20,552 nt of DNA from contig JBBRSP010000052.1 of NCBI GenBank assembly GCA_038245295.1, forward strand, positions 1 through 20,552. The letters are read 5' to 3'. Of this stretch, positions 1 through 6,723 are shown piece by piece. Every line of letters starts with the position of its first letter. Positions within the stretch are counted from its first letter, which is position 1. This DNA comes from Candidatus Binatia bacterium (GTDB taxonomy: Bacteria; Desulfobacterota; Binatia; HRBIN30). The position numbers were made by a program, and so were the translations under genes. Under the pieces are notes generated by a model, which saw nothing but the letters and a program-made list of their open reading frames with translations, was not told the DNA's origin and ran no database searches.

Positions 1-18
1 CATGTGGTTACTCTCCTT
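1..18 (-). CDS. SD and start codon of a gene that runs off the left edge of the window
   Basis: Minus strand reads AAGGAG-agtaaccac-ATG, with the ATG at 3..1. No product can be inferred. Confidence 0.6.
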
Positions 19-21
19 AGC

Positions 22-49
22 AGTATACGCCCGGTTACGAGCGGGTGAA
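22..49 (-). promoter_or_regulatory. Possible sigma70-type promoter for the off-window gene
   Basis: TTCACC (49-44), 16-nt spacer, TATACT (27-22). The -10 box lies only 3 nt from the SD, so the geometry is marginal. Confidence 0.25.
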
Positions 50-133
50 GCGCCGGCTGAACCGCCCCCGCAGATACGCCCGTACGAGCGACGGGTGCGT
101 GACGGCGAGCCGAATCATCTGATAGCGGCTCAT
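35..133 (-). CDS. 32-aa Arg-rich hypothetical peptide MSRYQMIRLAVTHPSLVRAYLRGRFSRRFTRS
   Basis: Hand translation. ATGA overlap with the upstream stop at 130-133, GAAGGG upstream, TAA at 35-37. Confidence 0.5.
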   Translation of the reverse strand: MSRYQMIRLAVTHPSLVRAYLRGRFSRRFTRS

Positions 134-213
134 GGCTGCCCTTCTGGCCAGATAGCGACCTGTGGATCGAACTGCACGGCGTCAATCGTAATGGGCAATT
201 TTTGGTATTTCAT
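130..213 (-). pseudogene. 27-aa ORF MKYQKLPITIDAVQFDPQVAIWPEGQP, probably an N-terminal remnant of a common phage hypothetical protein
   Basis: ATGA overlaps at both ends. Resembles the MKYRKKPVVIEAVQ(F/W) N-terminus of a phage family that I recall being roughly 80-100 aa. Confidence 0.5.
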
Positions 214-539
214 TTCCTAATCAGACCTCCGCTGCCTGTCGGCGGCAGATGTGGTGTCGGGCTCGGCGTACGCGGCTCCGATGTAACCACTGGCGTAACT
301 GTTGGCGTTGGCGTAGTGGTGGGGCTCGGGAGTGCAGTCGCAGACGGTGAAGGTGACGGGGATGCGGTCACTGGCGGCGGTGTCGGCGGTGCCGTTACCG
401 TGCGGACAGGTGCCGTCGCTGTGGCTGTCGGCGAACTCGACGGCCCAGGTTTGGGCCCGTCGCAGAACGCCGCCATCACGATCAGGTACAGCCCGCCGAT
501 TGCCAGCGCCGCGAGGAGTCCGAGTGCGCGCCATTTCAC
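210..539 (-). CDS. 109-aa membrane-anchored or secreted Pro/Thr/Ser-rich protein ending LPPTGSGGLIRK
   Basis: GTG at 539 overlaps the holin stop (GTGA). MKWR is followed by about 20 hydrophobic residues and then a PT-rich stalk. The track start at 641 is probably too far upstream. Confidence 0.75.
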   Translation of the reverse strand: MKWRALGLLAALAIGGLYLIVMAAFCDGPKPGPSSSPTATATAPVRTVTAPPTPPPVTASPSPSPSATALPSPTTTPTPTVTPVVTSEPRTPSPTPHLPPTGSGGLIRK

Positions 540-881
540 CGCCTCACCACGCTCGCCTGAGCTTTCACCGTAGCCGTGCCCAGGATTGCGTTGACGACCT
601 GGTACACAACGATCAGCACCGCAATGATGCCGCCGCTCCACTCAGCCGGCAGGATGCCGCCTAAGCCCGCGATCAGCGCTCCGAGCACGCCTGCCAGCGT
701 CAGCAGGAACTTGCGGGAGGTTATGCGCGTGATAAACGACTCGTTACCCGCGACAACACCGGAGTCCGGAGCGGTGACGAGCGCGGCCAGGTCATGCACC
801 AGTTGCTCGAGCGCGGCCAGACGGTCGGCCTCATCGAGGCGAACCGGCTGCACCGGCGCAACGGTGACCGTCAGGCCGCCA

Positions 882-1978
<1,097 letters not shown>

Positions 1979-1982
<4 letters not shown>

Positions 1983-2089
1983 ATCTCATCCCTAACCGCG
2001 TTGACGCAGCCGGGCCGCACGCACACCGCCCGGTGCCATCGCTCCGACCAGACCAAACGATCTCGACAACTAATGCAGCAATGGTTCAT
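1979..2089 (-). CDS. 36-aa Cys-rich peptide MNHCCISCRDRLVWSERWHRAVCVRPGCVNAVRDEI, putative Zn ribbon
   Basis: GGGAGG SD 8 nt upstream. ATGA overlaps with both the upstream ORF and the endolysin start. CxxC...CxxxxC pattern. Confidence 0.7.
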
Positions 2090-2241
2090 GCCAACAACCT
2101 CCCAATCACTCCGGCCAGCCGGGTAAATTCGTTCAGCGTGGCTCGCTCCACCGCTTCCTGCGAGCGGACAATCTCAGCCAGCACGGCGGCTTTGACCGCC
2201 GCCTGCAGCTCTGGATGGGCATCGAGCCGTTGCGGGTTCAC
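2086..2241 (-). CDS. 51-aa helical hypothetical protein MNPQRLDAHPELQAAVKAAVLAEIVRSQEAVERATLNEFTRLAGVIGRLLA
   Basis: GTGA overlap with the upstream stop, GGAAGGGG upstream, ATGA overlap downstream. Confidence 0.7.
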   Translation of the reverse strand: MNPQRLDAHPELQAAVKAAVLAEIVRSQEAVERATLNEFTRLAGVIGRLLA

Positions 2242-3269
2242 GAGAACGTCGCCCCTTCCACTGCCGTTCCCGCCGCCTGTGCGCCGATCAGATGGGCGCG
2301 GGCATTGATCGAGCGCGGATGCCGGGACAGCTCCGCCGCGTAGGCGTCAACGACCGGGGCGATGGCTGCGAGGGCGATTGCCTTTGGGTCGCCCTGCAGC
2401 CCCGGCTGCGGCCCCGGCTGTGGCGTCGGATCTCCGACCGGCACGTACTCGCCGACCACGTTTACCCACTTGTCAGACGGATAGCCCTGCAACATCCACG
2501 GTCCCCACTGCAGGAAGTGCCACGCCGTCTCATCGGCCCCCTCCATACCCGTCTGATTGTTGTACCAGCCGCGGCCGTGAGCATCGGTGAAGGTCTCGCT
2601 CGCTTCATGTGAGCAAACTGCTTGGACTGCGGCCCGATAGTCCTGATCGCTCGTGCCCTGGTTACAGCCGGAGCAGCGCGGCGAGAACTGCGTCGAGTAC
2701 ACCAGTGGACCGGCCGACGGGTGGCTGAAGCTAGAGTGGTAGCCGCAGAAGCTGGTGCAGTTCGCCTCGCTCGTGCCGTCGAATTTGACCGTGATTCCGT
2801 CCGGCATCATGCACATGTACAGTGTCTGCGGGTCACCCAGCAGGACACCGGCCGGGCTGGTTGCCAGCCAGTCACCCAGTAGCTTCTGTACCTCGGAGTC
2901 GTACATCTCGCGGCCCGGCGTTGGCCCCTGAAACGAGCCGTACCATTTGCCCGCGCCGACTCCGAACGGCCGGAGCTTGGAGAGGTAACCGAACTCCATC
3001 ATCTCGTACAAAAAGCGGTCATGCGTGGCCTTGTCGCCCCAGTAGTTGCCGAGGTAGACGGTGACGAGCTTCGGTGCCGTCCAGGTCGGCTCGCCGTGGA
3101 ACTGGAGCGGCTGTACCGTGCCGTCTGCCGACATCGAAACCGGAACCGCGACGAGATCACTGTCGAGCACCGGCGGCGCGGCGAGTTGCCACGCAGGGTG
3201 CGGCCCGATTGCTCGCAGTCGCTCATGCACTTGCTGCTGCGCCGGTGTGTAGAGCTGTGGCGTGGTCAT
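2238..3269 (-). CDS. 343-aa EXORDIUM/Phi-1-like protein with HExxE motif, PQPG linker and C-terminal helical module
   Basis: LQFHGEP..VTVYLGNYW, LYMCMMPDGITV, FCGYH and SHEASETFTD..GRGWY..EGAD motifs. AAAGGA SD upstream. Confidence 0.7.
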   Translation of the reverse strand: MTTPQLYTPAQQQVHERLRAIGPHPAWQLAAPPVLDSDLVAVPVSMSADGTVQPLQFHGEPTWTAPKLVTVYLGNYWGDKATHDRFLYEMMEFGYLSKLRPFGVGAGKWYGSFQGPTPGREMYDSEVQKLLGDWLATSPAGVLLGDPQTLYMCMMPDGITVKFDGTSEANCTSFCGYHSSFSHPSAGPLVYSTQFSPRCSGCNQGTSDQDYRAAVQAVCSHEASETFTDAHGRGWYNNQTGMEGADETAWHFLQWGPWMLQGYPSDKWVNVVGEYVPVGDPTPQPGPQPGLQGDPKAIALAAIAPVVDAYAAELSRHPRSINARAHLIGAQAAGTAVEGATFS

Positions 3270-3300
3270 CTAGTGGTCCTTTCTCAGGTGAATGAAGAAG

Positions 3301-3402
3301 TTAACTGCCGCCAGCGCCGTCGAACATGGGAGGCTTGCGCTCATACTCGCGTCTGGGGCTCTCAGCGGTATGACCGAGCCAGATATCGCCAATGCCCGCC
3401 AT
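3301..3402 (-). CDS. 33-aa hypothetical peptide MAGIGDIWLGHTAESPRREYERKPPMFDGAGGS (alternative frame 3270..3407)
   Basis: AAGGAG lies 5 nt before ATG3402; TAA at 3301-3303. Confidence 0.45.
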   Translation of the reverse strand: MAGIGDIWLGHTAESPRREYERKPPMFDGAGGS

Positions 3403-3403
3403 T

Positions 3404-4033
3404 TCAACTCCTTCCCTCTAAGCCAAAGCGGCAGGTGCCTTCTACCCAGTACCCTGGTAGCCAGATCTTCTCTTCTGTGTCATACGGTGCTGAGACCGTC
3501 TCGCAGTAGTCGGCAAGTTCGCCGGGCGCTGCCATCTCTGCAATCTCATGCGCGACCGCGCTGAGCACAGCGTTCCTATCGGTGTTGAAGTTAATCACCG
3601 CATAGGGCACGTCTCCTAAGCGGCTGTGATAGCTCAGATAGCTGCCTGGTCGATAGGGGTCGGGCAGCTCAGTGCCCTGCACGTCGAACGGCACCATGAA
3701 CACCCAGACCGTATCGGGTAGACGGACGCCGGTGATCAATGCCTGAGCAGCCAGGTTCAACAAAATCGGGTCGTACACCACCACGTCGAGCGGTGGCAGC
3801 ATCGTCCCCGGCCCAGACTCCGGCAGGAAGCGAAAGTAGCCGTTCTCCACGATCCGCCTGATGTCCTCTGTGAGGCTCTCAGACGCCCGTGGCTGGCCCA
3901 CAAGTGAGAGGAATACCAGCTGTACGAGCGGGTGGGCAATCGCCACGCAGGTAGCGCGTGTGTCGGCGGGAGCGCAGCTTCGTACGATTGCAGGTGGTGG
4001 CGGCGGAGGGAACATGACCGTTTCTTTCGTCAC
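3404..4033 (-). CDS. 209-aa shorter homologue of the HExxE EXORDIUM/Phi-1-like protein
   Basis: GYFRFL, TVWVFMVPFDV, YLSYHS, VPYAVI, AHEIAEMA, ELADYC and LPGYW occur in the same order as the equivalent motifs in 2238..3269. GTGA overlap at the start. Confidence 0.65.
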   Translation of the reverse strand: MTKETVMFPPPPPPAIVRSCAPADTRATCVAIAHPLVQLVFLSLVGQPRASESLTEDIRRIVENGYFRFLPESGPGTMLPPLDVVVYDPILLNLAAQALITGVRLPDTVWVFMVPFDVQGTELPDPYRPGSYLSYHSRLGDVPYAVINFNTDRNAVLSAVAHEIAEMAAPGELADYCETVSAPYDTEEKIWLPGYWVEGTCRFGLEGRS

Positions 4034-4773
4034 TTAACGAACCTGATCCCGATCGAGATCGCAAGCACGACGACCCCCCACACGAGCGTCAACATCTGGT
4101 TGCGCCCCTGCGCGGTAGCCATCGCCGTTTCCAAGAGCCTGATCCGCTCGGGTAACTGAGACAGCCCAGCCGTGTTGATCGTGACCTCTACGGCGACCAC
4201 TCCCGTCGCTAACCCCAAGACCTGAGCACTGGCGAAGCTCGTCTCGATGCCCGTTACCCGGCCTTCGAGCGTCTTTAGCTCTGACGAAAGCTCGCGCCGC
4301 ATTGACTCGACCTCGTTCTCAACCCGTTGCTGTATCCCCGCCAGTTCAGCCCGTCCCGACTCTCGCTCCCACATGCGCTTGTTCTGGTCATCGAGCGTGG
4401 CGCGGAACTCGTTGGCGACCTGATTGCGAAGCTCCTGCGCCCGCTCGGCTTTATCGACGGCTTTCTCGGCGGCGATCAACGCGGCGGCAACCGCCTCTTT
4501 AGCGGCAGCAAGCGCCGCCTCCAACGCCCGCTGCCGGAGCACGTCAGCGCCGGTCTGAGCCTCCCAGCGGGTATCCTCGCGCAGGGCAATCGACTCGATG
4601 CGGGCCTCAAGCAGCTTTTGCAAAGCATCGAGGCCATGCTCCATCCGCGTGTTGAGAGCAGCGAGCCCTTGTGCCGAGAAGTCCTTGTCCGACTGGCGCA
4701 GCGTTGCCAGGATAGCCAGCGTTTGGCTATCGTCTATACGCTGAGACTGTGGAGTGATGCCAGAATCAGCCAT
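4030..4773 (-). CDS. 247-aa coiled-coil protein with a single C-terminal transmembrane anchor
   Basis: Long heptad-like helices (ALAAAKEAVAAALIAAEKAVDKAE..NEFRATLDDQ) and terminal MLTLVWGVVVLAISIGIRFVK. Confidence 0.8.
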   Translation of the reverse strand: MADSGITPQSQRIDDSQTLAILATLRQSDKDFSAQGLAALNTRMEHGLDALQKLLEARIESIALREDTRWEAQTGADVLRQRALEAALAAAKEAVAAALIAAEKAVDKAERAQELRNQVANEFRATLDDQNKRMWERESGRAELAGIQQRVENEVESMRRELSSELKTLEGRVTGIETSFASAQVLGLATGVVAVEVTINTAGLSQLPERIRLLETAMATAQGRNQMLTLVWGVVVLAISIGIRFVK

Positions 4774-4990
4774 AGGGGTTCTCGTTGTCCTTTTCGAGAA
4801 TCGCGGTCGATATCGCTATGTCCTGGTCAAACGCCGCCTCCAGGCTCTCCATGCGCCCCCGGAAACGGTTGGCCTGATCTGTCAGATCGAGCAGCTCCTG
4901 AATCGCCCGGTTATCGCGGGCAATCGACTGCTGCCGAGCCTGCTCTTGCAGCCACGCAGCGGTAAGCGGCGTGATATGTAGCGCGGTCAT
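4766..4990 (-). CDS. 74-aa helical hypothetical protein
   Basis: Starts 1 nt after the upstream stop and overlaps the next start by 8 nt. Confidence 0.7.
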   Translation of the reverse strand: MTALHITPLTAAWLQEQARQQSIARDNRAIQELLDLTDQANRFRGRMESLEAAFDQDIAISTAILEKDNENPYG

Positions 4991-4991
4991 C

Positions 4992-5180
4992 TCAGCCCCC
5001 CGCCGCCGCTGCCAGCGCTTCGTTCACAGCGGCCCGGAGCAGCTTCGGCATCGGCATCGTCGTCTCTGTTTCGCGGCAGTAGCAGCGCAAACAGATGCAG
5101 CGGTTGCTTGCCGGCGAACCACGCACGACCGAATCGTCGAGCTCTGTTTCAAAGTGACAAATGATGCAGATCAGGTCCAT
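4992..5180 (-). CDS. 62-aa Zn-finger-like protein
   Basis: CIIC...CICLRC pattern; GAGGAGG SD before GTG-ATG (5183/5180). Confidence 0.8.
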   Translation of the reverse strand: MDLICIICHFETELDDSVVRGSPASNRCICLRCYCRETETTMPMPKLLRAAVNEALAAAAGG

Positions 5181-5190
5181 CACGGCCTCC

Positions 5191-5322
5191 TCACCTTCGA
5201 AAGACGCCGTAGCCGCCCAGCAGCAGCAGGAAGATCAGCAGCATGACCATGACAACGTGCGGGATATCCCAGCCGCCGGAGTTGTCAGCGGCAGCCGCCG
5301 CGAGGATGGCAAGTGCAAGCAT
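5191..5322 (-). CDS. 43-aa membrane micropeptide MLALAILAAAAADNSGGWDIPHVVMVMLLIFLLLLGGYGVFRR
   Basis: AGGAGGG SD 7 nt upstream; hydrophobic segment followed by a basic C-terminus. Confidence 0.8.
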   Translation of the reverse strand: MLALAILAAAAADNSGGWDIPHVVMVMLLIFLLLLGGYGVFRR

Positions 5323-5334
5323 GTCCGTTCCCTC

Positions 5335-5400
5335 CTAAAGCAAAATGACCAGCAGGATGATCAGCAGAATTGCGACTAGCAGACCACCACCTATGAACAC
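5335..5400 (-). CDS. 21-aa uncharged hydrophobic micropeptide MFIGGGLLVAILLIILLVILL
   Basis: AAGGAG lies 6 nt before GTG5400. Its TAG stop overlaps the SD of the next gene. Confidence 0.7.
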   Translation of the reverse strand: MFIGGGLLVAILLIILLVILL

Positions 5401-5428
5401 CTGCGACTCCTTCTTAGTTGCGCTTGAT

Positions 5429-5551
5429 CTAGCACCGTCTCGACCTTTCGTCCCGCGTCGCAGCCCACGCTTCGAGCCACCAGATGAACCCGACGGCCGC
5501 TACAGCGAACACTCCGATTGCAAACGCAGAAGCCATTACACAACCTGTCAT
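5429..5551 (-). CDS. 40-aa single-transmembrane micropeptide MTGCVMASAFAIGVFAVAAVGFIWWLEAWAATRDERSRRC
   Basis: ATGA overlap with the Tal-like gene stop; hydrophobic N-terminus and charged tail. Confidence 0.65.
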   Translation of the reverse strand: MTGCVMASAFAIGVFAVAAVGFIWWLEAWAATRDERSRRC

Positions 5552-6723
5552 AGCGGTGCCCCCGTCGCCGGGCTCAACTGCCTGGCAATCGCGTCAAGGA
5601 CGATCCCCATGTCGGCAAGCGTCGTGTCCAGTGACGGCGGCGGGTTGCCGAGATGGAGCACCAACTGGCCACGATTTCCCGCTGTGTCTCCCCCCTGGTT
5701 GCTGTCGAAGCTCACGTCAATCACGAAGTACGGCCCTTCGCCGTCCACCGTGGCCCAGGTACAGGCTCTAACCTCGTCCGGCTCACATTCGAGCTGTGTA
5801 CCGGCGACAATCAGCCCGCGGCCGCCGTCGCGCGTGACCGTAATCGCCGGTAGCGGCTCCGCGTGGACGGCAAGCCAGGTCTCTGCTTTCTGCGCCGCCG
5901 CGGCGTCGTCCATCGTGCCGCCGTCGATGATCTTGCGTTTGATTACCCCACTGCTCAGCGCCGTCGCCGCGCGGCTGGCGGTGTGGCGGGAGTCCACACC
6001 ACCGACCTGTGGCGGCCCGACCGCCGTGATCGGCGTCGTGTATTTGACCACCACCAACGCCGCCGATTCCACGTCTGAAAAATGCTTCTGCACGCCGCCA
6101 TCGGCCGAATAGATCTCGTAGTCCGGCGACTCCGGTGCTATGCGCGGCAGGAAGCGTGCCTTCTGCCCTTCCCAGACTGAGAAATCCCAGAGCAGGTTGC
6201 CGTCGCCGCCGATGTTCGAGACGAAGGCGATAATCTCGCTCGGAAACTTATCCCGCTGGCTCGCCTCGGTGATTGGCACCAGCGGATCGGACCATAACGC
6301 CCCCGGCTCAGGCAGAATCAGCGGCGCGGCAAGGCCGAGAACCTGCTTGAGAAACACGCCCGAAGTCGCATCGGCGGCACCGGATTCATAGAAATCGTCC
6401 GTGGTTGCCACGACTCCGTAGCCGGCCGCGGTAAAGCCGTGGATCTGCTGACCGGGGTCGTCCCAGTCGGTCAGACGGCCTTCCCAGCAGATGCGTCCCA
6501 GCCGAGAGATAACGACGTGCATGTTGCGGCGGAATTCGACCGGGCTCTCCAGCGGCCCGAACTCCGGCAGGTCCGGGTCGAGGATGCCGATCTGGGCTGC
6601 GTTGAAGCCGAGCGCGGTTGAACTCCAGGTCAACCGCGTCACCTGCGGGTCGATCTGGATCGTGGTCAGCGCATTCCCGCCCACGCCCACGGGCGCATAG
6701 CAGTTGAGGTTGTACATCACCAT
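5548..6723 (-). CDS. Tail tip / baseplate hub (Tal-like) minor tail protein, about 391 aa
   Basis: Second gene after the TMP, beta-rich, with an ICWEGRL motif. GGAGG before ATG6723 indicates a start downstream of the track's 6765. Confidence 0.65.
   Translation of the reverse strand: MVMYNLNCYAPVGVGGNALTTIQIDPQVTRLTWSSTALGFNAAQIGILDPDLPEFGPLESPVEFRRNMHVVISRLGRICWEGRLTDWDDPGQQIHGFTAAGYGVVATTDDFYESGAADATSGVFLKQVLGLAAPLILPEPGALWSDPLVPITEASQRDKFPSEIIAFVSNIGGDGNLLWDFSVWEGQKARFLPRIAPESPDYEIYSADGGVQKHFSDVESAALVVVKYTTPITAVGPPQVGGVDSRHTASRAATALSSGVIKRKIIDGGTMDDAAAAQKAETWLAVHAEPLPAITVTRDGGRGLIVAGTQLECEPDEVRACTWATVDGEGPYFVIDVSFDSNQGGDTAGNRGQLVLHLGNPPPSLDTTLADMGIVLDAIARQLSPATGAPL

Noticed and set aside
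462..476. Lipobox / o-spanin call for 210..539
   Set aside because: MAAFC does not fit [LVI][ASTVI][GAS]C, and there is no N-anchored i-spanin partner.
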